64,000 nt of DNA from Nitrospirales bacterium (lineage in GTDB: Bacteria > Nitrospirota > Nitrospiria > Nitrospirales > UBA8639): positions 2,240,001-2,304,000 of the forward strand of contig OY820905.2 of NCBI GenBank assembly GCA_963555755.3. Reading direction: 5' to 3'. Every line of letters begins with the position of its first letter. The first letter of the stretch is position 1. Of this stretch, positions 10,458 to 20,664 are shown one piece after another. The translations under genes were made by a program, and so were the position numbers. Under the pieces are notes generated by a model that was not told where the DNA came from, made no database searches, and was given only the letters and a program-made list of their open reading frames with translations.

Positions 10458-11732
10458 ATGCAACGAGGAAAAAGATTTTGCGGGCAATTACTATTGCTCA
10501 GCACTCTTTTGCTCAACGTGCCCGGTCTCATCTGGGCCGGGGACCCGAGCTTGGGGAAAGAGATCCTTAGCCTTGCTCCACTCATTCAAGAAGCGCTTCA
10601 AAATAATCCGGAATTGGGGGCTGAACAAGCCCGGGTAGAAGGCATGCAGGAGCGAGTTCCCCAACGTAAATCTTTGGATGATCCGGAATTGACCATTCGA
10701 CTGTGGAATACACCAGACTCGTTGAATGTGACGCGCTCGGACCGAGCCATCTTCGGACTCGTCCAACAGTTTCCTTATCCGGGCACCTTATCTCAGCAAG
10801 AACACATTGCTGAGAAAGTGGTGGAACAAGCCACACAACATTTGGCGGGGAAGAAACGTGAAATTATTGCAGCAGTAAAGACAGCGTATTATGAATTGTT
10901 TTATGCCCACCAAGCCCTTGAGATTCATCATGCGGAAGCCAAGCGCCTCAAGCAGTTTTTTAAGGCAGCCACAGCCAAGTTCCGTGTGGGGAAAGGGACC
11001 CAAGTCGATGTGCTGAAGGCACAGGTGGAACAGTCCAAGTGGTTTCAGCATCTCCCCATCCTTGAACAACAACAGGAGACGGCACGGGCTTTCCTCAACA
11101 CGATTTTAAATCGTGAGGTCCACGCTCCGTTGGGTGTTCCTGAAGAACCCCAGAGTAAGCCAAAGGTTCTCTCACTGGTGCATCTCCAAGAACAAGCCCT
11201 TCAGCAACGACCGGAAGTTCGAGAAGCCGCTTTGGCTGTTGAGCAATTTGATTCCACGATCAAGCTGGCCAAGCTCCAAGCGTATCCCCATCTTCGGGTA
11301 GAGGTGCAGCGCTGGCTGAACCGTAATGCGGATGATGGATTCGGGGGCGTGGTGTCCATCAACCTGCCCTTTGCCTTTTGGACGAAACCCAAATATGAGG
11401 CTGGGGTTCGAGAAGCCATGGCGCACCGGAAAGTCGCACAGTTTAAGAAAAGAACCTTGGAAAACCAGACACGCTTCCTGGTTCAAGATCTCGTGGCTCA
11501 ATTTGAGGCGAAGAGAAAAATTCTCGACCTGTATAAGACCACTGTGCTTCCTCAGGCCAAGCTCACCTTGAAGGCGGCCATGGCCGGGTATCGCACCGAT
11601 CGTACCGATTTTTTGGATCTGATTGATGCTGATCGTGCCTTGCTCGCCTATCAGTTGGAATTTGTCCGTACCTTGGTTGATGGGAAGCAGTTGCTGGCCA
11701 AACTGGAACGGGTCGTCGGTACGGAATTGTGA
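10458..11732 (+). CDS. TolC-family outer membrane efflux protein (CusC/CzcC-like)
   Basis: Signal peptide, ALQNNPEL and ALQQRPEV repeats, YRTDRTDFLDLIDA; first gene of the RND trio. Start codon inferred. Confidence 0.9.
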   Translation: MQRGKRFCGQLLLLSTLLLNVPGLIWAGDPSLGKEILSLAPLIQEALQNNPELGAEQARVEGMQERVPQRKSLDDPELTIRLWNTPDSLNVTRSDRAIFGLVQQFPYPGTLSQQEHIAEKVVEQATQHLAGKKREIIAAVKTAYYELFYAHQALEIHHAEAKRLKQFFKAATAKFRVGKGTQVDVLKAQVEQSKWFQHLPILEQQQETARAFLNTILNREVHAPLGVPEEPQSKPKVLSLVHLQEQALQQRPEVREAALAVEQFDSTIKLAKLQAYPHLRVEVQRWLNRNADDGFGGVVSINLPFAFWTKPKYEAGVREAMAHRKVAQFKKRTLENQTRFLVQDLVAQFEAKRKILDLYKTTVLPQAKLTLKAAMAGYRTDRTDFLDLIDADRALLAYQLEFVRTLVDGKQLLAKLERVVGTEL

Positions 11733-11887
11733 AGGGGAATGTTAAAAATGACAGCAAGCTGACGGGGTATGCAGATGGAAAATTATTTGAAAATCCCCCT
11801 AGCCCCCTTTTCCAAAGGGGGAACCTAATTGGTCGCACCGTAACAAGCTACGGGGAATAGTACGTTTAACAGCCTCGATAAGGAGGG

Positions 11888-13204
11888 ATGATGATGAAGA
11901 TACAACAACGCTCTTTGAGTCTAATCCGTTGGATTGGGATAGCCCTTGGGATGATCGTCCTTGTTGGAGGTGGATGGTGGGTGAACGAAAAGCTCGTGAC
12001 TCAACTCGGTTTAGCTGTGGCAGAGGTTTCTGATCCTGACATGCAGGACATGAAGGAGATGGGAGGCATGGACATGAAGTCCATGTCAGGGTCCTCTGAT
12101 ATGGCGCCTTCCCAGGTATCGCTGATGGTGTCACCTCTCAAACAACAGTTGATTGGCGTGCAAACAGCGCTGGTGGAGAAACGTCGCCTTTCAACGAAAG
12201 TTCGAGCAGTTGGGAGGATCACGTATAACGAACGGCGCATTGTCCATGTCAATCTTCGGATTTCAGGTTGGATTGAAGACCTTCTGGTTGATTTCACTGG
12301 GCAACCCGTCCAAAAAGGCCAGCCCCTCTTTACACTGTACAGCCCTGAGTTATTGGCCACTCAAGAGGAATATGTCCTGGCTTTGGAGGCGTTAGACAGC
12401 GTCCAGGAGAGCCCGCTCCCGAATATTCGTCAGGAGAGCCAACGGGTGGTTGATGCAGCACACGATCGACTACATCTCTGGACCTTTACGGAGGAACAAA
12501 TTGATCGATTGACACTCACCCGAACGCCGATGAAAGCCGTGACCATTTTTTCCCCGATAAGTGGGTATGTGATCGACAAAACCGCGTTTCAAGGCATGTT
12601 CGTTCAACCTCAGAACACGATGTACACGATAGCCGATCTTTCAACTATTTGGGTTCAGGCTGATGTCTTTGAATATGAACTTCCCTTTATCCAAAAAGGT
12701 CAGGCAGCGACGCTTACCCTGGAGGCTTTCCCAGGGGAAACATTTTCCGGACGTGTAGCCTATATCTACCCGTATCTCAAGAAAGAGACCCGCACCGTGC
12801 AGGTGCGCCTTGAATTCGCTAATCCTCAAGTGCGGCTGAAACCTGACATGTATGGAACGATCCTCATTCAAGTAGATCGAGGTCCTAGTCTGGCCGTTCC
12901 AGACCAAGCTGTGCTTGATTCCGGACTCCGACAAGTCGTGTTTGTCGCCAAAGAGAAAGGGATGTTTGAACCGAGGGAAATCACGCTCGGGCCAAAGGTC
13001 GGTTCCTTTTTCGAGGTAGTCAAGGGGTTGAAAGAAGGCGAACGCATCGTCACGTCGGGCACCTTTTTATTGGATTCGGAAAGCCGACTCATGGCCACGA
13101 GTAACATGATGGGGGCTTTGGGGATGGGCGGAATCAAAATGGAACAGGCTCAGATGGGCAAGATGGACATGGGAAGTATGGATATGAGTGGGATGAATGA
13201 ATGA
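11888..13204 (+). CDS. cusB: CusB-like RND periplasmic adaptor with Met-rich segments
   Basis: GQPVQKGQPLFTLYSPEL, SPISGYV, LKPDMYG; Met-rich N- and C-terminal segments typical of Cu/Ag systems. Confidence 0.88.
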   Translation: MMMKIQQRSLSLIRWIGIALGMIVLVGGGWWVNEKLVTQLGLAVAEVSDPDMQDMKEMGGMDMKSMSGSSDMAPSQVSLMVSPLKQQLIGVQTALVEKRRLSTKVRAVGRITYNERRIVHVNLRISGWIEDLLVDFTGQPVQKGQPLFTLYSPELLATQEEYVLALEALDSVQESPLPNIRQESQRVVDAAHDRLHLWTFTEEQIDRLTLTRTPMKAVTIFSPISGYVIDKTAFQGMFVQPQNTMYTIADLSTIWVQADVFEYELPFIQKGQAATLTLEAFPGETFSGRVAYIYPYLKKETRTVQVRLEFANPQVRLKPDMYGTILIQVDRGPSLAVPDQAVLDSGLRQVVFVAKEKGMFEPREITLGPKVGSFFEVVKGLKEGERIVTSGTFLLDSESRLMATSNMMGALGMGGIKMEQAQMGKMDMGSMDMSGMNE

Positions 13205-13482
13205 GAGGGTCTCCCGAGTACTCAATGGCTACTACCATTGTGGCTTGTCGACGGTACCAAGACTCTACCTCACCTAACCTCTCCTTACAAAGGAGAGGGA
13301 TCTGAGGCAGGTAGGGAATGTTCAAAAAAGCATGCCCTGAGTCTTTCCGAAGGGTCTATCCAGCAAGGCCGCAGCCCTTTTGACGCGCGGAGCGTACTCT
13401 CGTACGTGAGCACGGCAAAAGGGCGAGAACGCCGCTGGCGGCTTTTTTCAACATTCCCGAATGGAAGAGGATCAAGACTCGA

Positions 13483-16400
13483 ATGATTGAACGAACCATT
13501 GCGTGGAGCGCCCGCAACGGATTTTTGGTGGGGGTGCTGGTTCTCTTTCTCATGGGCTGGGGAATCTGGGTGATTGCTCACACTTCGCTTGATGCGTTGC
13601 CAGATTTGTCGGACGTCCAGGTGATTGTGTTCACGGAATGGCCCGGGCGCAGTCCAGATTTGGTGGAGGATCAAATCACCTATCCCATTGTGACATCCAT
13701 GTTGGGAGCCCCGCGTATCAAGTATGTGCGGGGACAATCTTTCCTCGGCCTCTCCTTTGTCTACATCGTGTTTCAAGATGGGACCGACATGTACTGGGCG
13801 AGAAGCCGTGTTGTTGAGTATATGCAAGGTGTCGCGGACAAACTGCCCGAAGGCGTCTCGCCTACGCTTGGGCCCGATGCCACGGGAGTGGGCTGGGTCT
13901 TTCAGTATGCCTTGGTGAGTGAAAATGGCAAACAGAGTTTAGCTGACCTTCGATCGTTTCAGGATTGGTATCTGCGCTATTGGCTGCAAAGCGTGCCCGG
14001 TGTCTCAGAGGTGGCCTCTATTGGTGGGTTCGTGAAGCAATATCAGGTTCAGGTAGATCCTGTGAAACTGCAAGCGTCCCGTATTGGCCTTTCCGAGGTT
14101 ATCCGAGCGATTCGCCGCAGCAATAATGAAGTGGGTGGACGGGTGATTGAAGCCAGTGAACGGGAATACATGGTACGAGGCCGGGGTTATATCCGTTCCC
14201 TGGATGACCTCCGAAGCATACCAGTAGGAACGGATCAGCATGGGACGCCAATTATCATCCAGGATATTGCCCACGTCACCATCGGTCCGGATATGCGACG
14301 AGGCGTCGCGGAGCTGGATGGCATGGGAGAAGCCGTTGGAGGCATCGTGATTATGCGCTACGGCGAAAATGCCCTTAATGTCATCGATCGGGTGAAAAAG
14401 AAATTAAAAGAAATTGAACCATCTATTCCCGAAGGAATTCGCGTGGTCACCGTATATGATCGGTCTGACCTGATCCTTCGAGCCGTTGCCACATTAAAGG
14501 ACAAACTCATTGAAATCAGTGTGGTCGTCAGCCTTGTCTGTGTGGTCTTTCTCTTTCACATTCGGTCAGCCCTGGTTCCCATTCTTCTGCTACCGGTGGC
14601 CGTGATGCTCTCGTTCATTGCGATGTATTACCTTGGGATCAGTTCGAATGTGATGTCGCTTTCGGGCATCGCGATCGCGATTGGGGCCATGGTCGATGCT
14701 GTCATCGTCATGGTGGAAAATGCTCACCGACGATTAGAAGAGTGGGACCAACAGGGTCGAATAGGGTCCCGAAATGACGTGATTATTCGGGCAGCACAAG
14801 AGGTCGGCAAACCACTCTTTTTTTCCTTGCTGATTATCACGGTGTCTTTTCTACCCATTTTCACTCTGGAAGCGCAGGAAGGGCGGCTGTTTAAGCCACT
14901 CGCCTATACAAAGACGTTTGCCATGTTCTTTGCTGCGCTGGCCTCTATCCTGGTGGCTCCGCTGTTCATGCAGTGGTTCATTCGTGGTCGGATCACACCA
15001 GAAAGCCGAAATCCTTTGAACCGATTTCTTATTTGGATCTATACCCCCCTGTTAAAAATTGCGTTGCGTGTCAGATGGCTTGTGGTGGGATTAGCCATTG
15101 GGGGGATCATCTTGGTGTTGCCCATCTACGAAAAGCTAGGGTCCGAATTCATGCCCCCCTTGAACGAAGGCACGATTTTGTATATGCCCACATCTCTTCC
15201 CGGCCTGTCTGTTCAGAAAGCCAGCTACATTCTCCAGACCCAGGATCGATTGTTAAAGGAGTTTCCCGAGGTGGACCGTGTGTTTGGGAAAATGGGCCGA
15301 GCACGGACAGCCACGGACCCTGCCCCGCTGAACATGGCCGAGACGATTATTACGCTCAAGCCTCAGGAAGCCTGGCGGCCAGGGATGACATGGGACAAGT
15401 TGATTGCCGAAATGGATCAACGGGTCAAAATGCCTGGCATGCCGAACATTTGGTGGATGCCAATTCAAACCAGAACCGAAATGCTCGCCACGGGCATCCG
15501 AAGTAGCCTGGGAATTAAAATCTTAGGGCCTCGTTTAGAGGAATTGGAACGATTGGGTTTGCAAATTGAAGGCCTGCTTCAATCTCTTGAGGGAACACGA
15601 AGTGCGTATGCCGAGCGGGTCACCGGAGGATACTATTTGGACATCGATGTGAATCGCGTGGCCGCAGCCCGATACGGATTGACGGTGGGAGATGTTCAAG
15701 ATGTTATCGAATCCGCCATTGGAGGAAAAAACATTACATGGACTGTGGAAGGCCGTGAACGCTATCCCATAAATGTTCGGTACCCTCGCGAACTACGCCA
15801 GGATGTCGATGCCCTTAAACGCGTCCTTGTGATGACACCACAAGGAGAGCAAATCCCACTCGCACAACTTTCCAGCATCACGAAGACCACCGGTCCCCCA
15901 TCCATTCGAGATGAGAACGGCTCCCTTGCCAGTATTGTGTTTGTTGATGTGGCTGGCCAAGATCTGGGGACCTATGTTCAGAATGCCAAGGCGTTGGTTC
16001 AAGAACATGTGAAGCTCCCACCAGGATATTCGTTACAATGGGCAGGCCAATACGAATATCTTGAACGAGCACAGAAACAACTTCAGATTGTGATTCCCTT
16101 AACGCTCTTTATCATTTTTGTGTTGCTGTACCTTAACTTCCGCTCCGTCCCTCGCTGCCTGCTGGTTCTTCTCTCGGTTCCGTTTTCCTTGGTCGGAGCG
16201 ATTTGGTATCTGAATTTTCTGGGATACCATCTGAGCGTGGCCGTGTGGGTAGGACTTATTGCATTGGCAGGTGTGGCAGCTGAAACCGGAGTCATTATGA
16301 TCATATTCCTGGATGAAGCCTGTGCCAAGCGGCAAAAGGAAAACCGACTTCAGACATTGAGCGATCTTCGTGATGCGGTCGTCGAAGGGGCAGTGCTTCG

Positions 16401-16605
16401 AGTGCGGCCAAAAATTATGACGGCCGCTGCGATTTTCCTTGGATTACTGCCCATCATGTGGAGTCACGGGACTGGGGCAGATGTGATGAAGCGTATTGCT
16501 GCACCAATGATTGGGGGTATGGTTACGGCCGTGGTGCTCACTCTTCTGGTCATCCCGGGACTGTACATCATCTGGCGGCAATGGGATCTCAGGCTGAGAA
16601 AATAG
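13483..16605 (+). CDS. cusA: CusA/SilA family heavy-metal efflux RND permease
   Basis: 1040 aa; LDALPDLSDVQVI, GPDATGVGWV, AIGAMVDA, EFMPPLNEG, MKRIAAPMIGGM. Confidence 0.95.
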   Translation: MIERTIAWSARNGFLVGVLVLFLMGWGIWVIAHTSLDALPDLSDVQVIVFTEWPGRSPDLVEDQITYPIVTSMLGAPRIKYVRGQSFLGLSFVYIVFQDGTDMYWARSRVVEYMQGVADKLPEGVSPTLGPDATGVGWVFQYALVSENGKQSLADLRSFQDWYLRYWLQSVPGVSEVASIGGFVKQYQVQVDPVKLQASRIGLSEVIRAIRRSNNEVGGRVIEASEREYMVRGRGYIRSLDDLRSIPVGTDQHGTPIIIQDIAHVTIGPDMRRGVAELDGMGEAVGGIVIMRYGENALNVIDRVKKKLKEIEPSIPEGIRVVTVYDRSDLILRAVATLKDKLIEISVVVSLVCVVFLFHIRSALVPILLLPVAVMLSFIAMYYLGISSNVMSLSGIAIAIGAMVDAVIVMVENAHRRLEEWDQQGRIGSRNDVIIRAAQEVGKPLFFSLLIITVSFLPIFTLEAQEGRLFKPLAYTKTFAMFFAALASILVAPLFMQWFIRGRITPESRNPLNRFLIWIYTPLLKIALRVRWLVVGLAIGGIILVLPIYEKLGSEFMPPLNEGTILYMPTSLPGLSVQKASYILQTQDRLLKEFPEVDRVFGKMGRARTATDPAPLNMAETIITLKPQEAWRPGMTWDKLIAEMDQRVKMPGMPNIWWMPIQTRTEMLATGIRSSLGIKILGPRLEELERLGLQIEGLLQSLEGTRSAYAERVTGGYYLDIDVNRVAAARYGLTVGDVQDVIESAIGGKNITWTVEGRERYPINVRYPRELRQDVDALKRVLVMTPQGEQIPLAQLSSITKTTGPPSIRDENGSLASIVFVDVAGQDLGTYVQNAKALVQEHVKLPPGYSLQWAGQYEYLERAQKQLQIVIPLTLFIIFVLLYLNFRSVPRCLLVLLSVPFSLVGAIWYLNFLGYHLSVAVWVGLIALAGVAAETGVIMIIFLDEACAKRQKENRLQTLSDLRDAVVEGAVLRVRPKIMTAAAIFLGLLPIMWSHGTGADVMKRIAAPMIGGMVTAVVLTLLVIPGLYIIWRQWDLRLRK

Positions 16606-16630
16606 ACACCGAGCTAAAAGAAACCCTACA

Positions 16631-16770
16631 GGGCACCTCTAAAAACCAGGCATTTTGGTGAGGGCAAGGAAGCCACGCGCGGAAAACCGGAGTGTATGGG
16701 CGAATACATGAGGATTTGAGCACGCGGCTGACGCCGCCATCACGGAAAAGGACGGTTTGTAGAGGTGCCC
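16631..16770. mobile_element. MITE family A (TIR GGGCACCTCTAAAAACC), mostly 4-bp TNNA target duplication
   Basis: About 140 bp with TACA/TACA flanks; copies at 19751-19891 (TTGA), 21469-21609, 23341-23481 and 40691-40831 (TTTA). Confidence 0.9.
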
Positions 16771-17177
16771 TACATGTTTAAATCACGGGCCCGTTGAAAG
16801 AGCATGCCCTGGGTATGGTCGAAAGGTCCGCAGCGGCGTTCTGGACCCATGGTCGTACTCACGTACTCCGAGTACACTCCGCGCGCCAAGCCTACTCCGC
16901 CGAAGTGGCTACGAAGGCCGGGCGGGCCTGCGGCCTTTCCTTCGACCGACTCAGGACAGGACGGACCTCCCGCCTCCGCGAGGGCATGCTTTGTGAACAG
17001 CCCTCAAATGGATGGACATTGGGTGTGCCTTTCATCATTCCTTCTGGCATTCCCGGATCACTTCCCGTTTATAACCTTACGTTTACTTGCGAATCCACTT
17101 TCCACTCTTCTGAAATACCACGCTGGTCCTTCAGGTGGTGCTCTCCAGAAATCCTGTGACTATCTTCAACCATGGTC

Positions 17178-17209
17178 TTGACTCCGTACTATGGTACGGG
17201 GCATATGCT
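17178..17209 (+). promoter_or_regulatory. MerR-type promoter/operator
   Basis: TTGACT-CCGTAC TATG GTACGG-GGCA-TATGCT: -35 box, dyad matching the classic mer operator, elongated (about 20 bp) spacer. Confidence 0.85.
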
Positions 17210-17215
17210 GTCTCC

Positions 17216-17629
17216 ATGAGAATAGGTCAAGTTGCCAAACGTGTGGGAGTTGGTATCGAAACCATTCGCTTTTATGAGCGAAAGGGATTGATCGTTCAAC
17301 CACCCCGGCCCACTGGAAGATACCGGGAGTATCACAAAGAAGCTGTGGCAAGAATTCGTTTCATAAAATGCGCCAAGGAACTGGGGTTCTCATTAACGGA
17401 AATATCAGAATTCCTCTCTTTGCAGGCCAATCCCAGGGCTACGTGTGCGGATGTTAAACAGCGCGCCGAAGCCAAAATTTCGACTATTCAGGAACGAGTC
17501 AAAGGTCTACAGACAATGAAACACGCACTTGGAAAGTTGGTTAAACCCTGTAGCGGACGCGGTCCCCTTACTGATTGTCCCATTATTGATTGCTTTGAAA
17601 CTCAGAAAGAAAAGGAGGAGTCCCTATGA
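17216..17629 (+). CDS. MerR-family heavy-metal-responsive regulator
   Basis: MRIGQVAKRVGVGIETIRFYERKGL HTH; Cys in ATCADV and PCSGRGPLTDCPII. Confidence 0.93.
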   Translation: MRIGQVAKRVGVGIETIRFYERKGLIVQPPRPTGRYREYHKEAVARIRFIKCAKELGFSLTEISEFLSLQANPRATCADVKQRAEAKISTIQERVKGLQTMKHALGKLVKPCSGRGPLTDCPIIDCFETQKEKEESL

Positions 17630-17895
17630 GAACCATACGTCGTATCGAAATTTTCAGTGCTGGGTGTCAGGTCTGTGAAGACACGATCACCCTTGTCAAA
17701 CGCCTTGCGTGCTCCTCATGCGAGGTCATGGTCCTGGACATGAAAGATCAGACAGTATCCACCCGCGCAAGGGAGCTTGGCATTCATACGGTTCCTGCGG
17801 TGGTGATTGACAGTCAATTGGCACTGTGCTGTGTTGGCACTGGTCCCAGTGAGAGCGCCTTAAGGGCCGCCGGTATCGGCACTCCTTTGCCGTAA
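17626..17895 (+). CDS. Small thioredoxin/glutaredoxin-like protein
   Basis: IEIFSAGCQVC...GIHTVPAVVID...CC; overlaps the merR stop codon. Confidence 0.85.
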   Translation: MRTIRRIEIFSAGCQVCEDTITLVKRLACSSCEVMVLDMKDQTVSTRARELGIHTVPAVVIDSQLALCCVGTGPSESALRAAGIGTPLP

Positions 17896-17907
17896 GGGGA
17901 ATGCTTC

Positions 17908-18135
17908 ATGGAGGATAATCTACCCAAAGGAAAGCCACCTAATTTTTGGATCACGACGGGAATTATAGGGGCTCTTGCCTCATCCCTTTGTTGTATCACG
18001 CCCCTGGCCGTCATTTTTCTCGGCGTGGCGGGACTGGGGGCCTGGACAAGAGCGGGCTTAACCCCGTGTTCGTTTTCCCTGAACCACTACACAGTGCAAG
18101 CTTGGTGTGTGAGGGTGAGGGTATGGTTATCGTAA
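17908..18135 (+). pseudogene. MerT/MerF-like metal transporter remnant
   Basis: GIIGALASSLCCITPLAVIFLGVAGLGAW, then similarity is lost. Confidence 0.6.
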
Positions 18136-18388
18136 AATCCCCCCTCCCCCCCTTTTCCAAAGGGGGAGCCTCCCGAGTACCGCTTCCCAAGGGATGTTCT
18201 TCCATCACCTGCAGAGGAGAATCCGGCCAACCGACCGATACGGATTGATGAAGCCCCAGAAAAATCTAGAAACCCGGATGGCTCGCCCATGAGCTCCCTG
18301 GGGGTCTAGTGGCCACAGATGGGTCCTCTATTATTGGCACGGGGTTCCTACAAAATTCATAGAGAACCATAAATTCTGTATGATCCGG

Positions 18389-18820
18389 TTAATGGCGATG
18401 ACCAGAATGACCGTCGGAAGATTCAGGTTCCGTATCCTGTTTAATCGTTCCATAGGTTCTAAAGGGCGGAGCATTTCGAATAATCGAATGTCCAGGTTCT
18501 AATTTCGCAGCCTTCACAAAATGGGACCGTGATTCTGCATAACGGCCTTGTTGATGGAGAGACAGGCCAAGATTGTAGTGAGCCTCGCCTAATGATGATT
18601 GAGCTCGTATGGCTACTTCATATTTCTTAGATGCCTCTGTCCAATCCCGCAGAGCAAACAGGCGGTTTCCTTCTTTAATAGCAGTTGCCGCCACTGGGTC
18701 GGCATACGCAGGAGGAGGAAGAGGGTGATCCTTCTGGTGATGCGGTGGCCCACCACACCCAACCATGAGAACACTCAAAACTCCCATCATAGTAAAATGA
18801 AGAATACTGTGTCTCACCAT
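18389..18820 (-). CDS. TPR-containing lipoprotein with His-rich ends
   Basis: Lipobox LMVGC, EAHYNLGLSL TPR, ends GHSGHRH. Confidence 0.8.
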   Translation of the reverse strand: MVRHSILHFTMMGVLSVLMVGCGGPPHHQKDHPLPPPAYADPVAATAIKEGNRLFALRDWTEASKKYEVAIRAQSSLGEAHYNLGLSLHQQGRYAESRSHFVKAAKLEPGHSIIRNAPPFRTYGTIKQDTEPESSDGHSGHRH

Positions 18821-19175
18821 GCTTCGTATCTCCTTCTATGGGAATGTTGAAAAAAGCCGCCAGCCTTTGCCAAGGGTACGGCAGACAAGCCAGCGGCGTT
18901 CTCGCCATTTTGCCGCGCTCACGTACTATGAGTACGCTCCGCGCGGCAAAATGGCTGCGGCCTTTCCTTCGACTCTGCTCAGGACAGGACTGGATAGACC
19001 CTTCGGAAAGACTCAGGGCATGCTTTTTTGAACATTCCCTCCCGCCCATGATGTCCGTCTCATCTAGGGCATGTATTTGCCATTGGCGTGAAATATTCAA
19101 CAGTCCCCTACATGAAACAACCACGGTCACCTCTATGTGTGTATTGACTTATAAACGTAGGACAGAGATAGGAAT

Positions 19176-19546
19176 TTAATTCCGCAGAGTCGAGAGCAGG
19201 AGAAAAAGAAGCGGAGGGTTTGAGGAAAGGGGACTATCGAGGGAAGCAGGAAGGAACACTGAGGTACCCGAGGACCAACTCGGAACCTTGAGGTCGATCA
19301 TGGCCGGGTTAAAATCCCCGAGTGAGGCCGCAGAGGCTAAGGCGAGGTCCGGGCACCCATGTTGTTTTCCTCCGTGTTTTCGTGTGGTGCCGCCGGGTCT
19401 TCGTGTGATGCCGAATGATGGGAAACCTCTCCACCATAAGAATAGGCCATGGGGCAAAAAAGGTTCCCCCCACTGCACGCCAGAAAGGTGAGAAGAATCA
19501 CGAAGGAAAAAACAACTCGAAACCTGGAAGGGATTGGTGATGTCAT
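19176..19546 (-). pseudogene. Frameshifted small Cys/His-rich exported protein, similar in layout to 9943-10302
   Basis: ORF 19337-19546 (hydrophobic N-terminus, LFCPM, His-rich) continues in another frame as GCPDL...NPPLLFLLLSTLRN. Confidence 0.45.
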
Positions 19547-19983
19547 ATTTTTTATTAAATGTATTCCTTATTTTGTTTTTGTCAACGTCAAAGATACGTG
19601 TACATTTTGGTTTTTTCCCACGCCTCCGTTCAAACTCAAAATACTATTTTCCTGAAGTTGAAAATTAGATATCATTTCTCAATACTTTCTGGCTCTAAAA
19701 GGGAAAGAAAAGATGGCCTGATGGAGCACAAACCCCAGCATCTCCCTTGAGGGCACCTCTAAAAACCGTCCTTTTCCGTGATGGCGGCGTCAGCCGCGTG
19801 CTCAAATCCTCATGTATTCGCCCATACACTCCGGTTTTCCGCGCGCGGCTTCCTTGCCCTCACAAAAAATGCCTGGTTTTTAGAGGTGCCCTTGAATCAA
19901 TTGAGAGGGTAATTCCTCGCAGCTTGCTGCGTACCAATTAGAATCTTTGGAATGGGATACCCCGCAGTTTGCGGCGAGGATCT

Positions 19984-20364
19984 TTATTGAGCAGAAAGAA
20001 ACTTTCCCAAAAATCTTTCTGTGAAAACCCACAAGAACCCGCTACCGGCTACGATCATAAGGCCTAACCAAATCCATCCATTTGCACCAAGGTCTACGAT
20101 GTGGAATCCATGAAGCATTGTCATCAATGCCACCAGGAGGAAATACGGTCCCGTAAAATAACAGTGGGTTCGCCCACACCGAGTTGCATTGGCCAGGCAC
20201 GCGACACCTTTCCACACGAGGGCTCCGGCCCACATGAGGGTTCTGGTGGATGGGTCCAGAAAAATTCCAATAATCAGGATAACGCCCGGTAGCCCCCATG
20301 CGAGGGCATAAGTACGGAAATCACTCACCCAATCTTTTGATTCGCAAATTTCTATCTTTGGCAT
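19984..20364 (-). CDS. Small membrane protein with CLANATRCGRTHC motif (metal-locus associated)
   Basis: Four hydrophobic segments, Cys cluster, MerR-type promoter upstream. Confidence 0.75.
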   Translation of the reverse strand: MPKIEICESKDWVSDFRTYALAWGLPGVILIIGIFLDPSTRTLMWAGALVWKGVACLANATRCGRTHCYFTGPYFLLVALMTMLHGFHIVDLGANGWIWLGLMIVAGSGFLWVFTERFLGKFLSAQ

Positions 20365-20395
20365 TGGCGGTACAGTCTAATCATGTGTCTCACCT

Positions 20396-20426
20396 ATGAT
20401 AAACCCTGGATGGACTACAGATTCAA
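20396..20426 (-). promoter_or_regulatory. MerR-type promoter, 19-bp spacer
   Basis: Minus strand TTGAAT-CTGTAGTCCATCCAGGGTT-TATCAT with an imperfect dyad. Confidence 0.75.
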
Positions 20427-20450
20427 GAAGTTTTTTCGGGGAGGGCCAAA

Positions 20451-20522
20451 TTGGTCACCATAGGGGTATTGTCCAAGCAGACGGGTTGTCACATTGAGAC
20501 GATTCGGTATAACGAGCGGATA
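20451..20522 (+). pseudogene. N-terminal remnant of a second, divergent MerR regulator
   Basis: VTIGVLSKQTGCHIETIRYNERI, then unrelated sequence. Confidence 0.7.
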
Positions 20523-20664
20523 TTTTGCCGTGCAATATTCCCTCCTCCTGAATTGGCACGGCAAAATGAGTCTGAGTTCACTGAAGGAAGGATTCTGCTC
20601 CCTCCTTTGTCCACCCCCTGCGGAGAGAGCTACCTTTCCTGCAGGGGTGGCCTCAACCCAGCCT

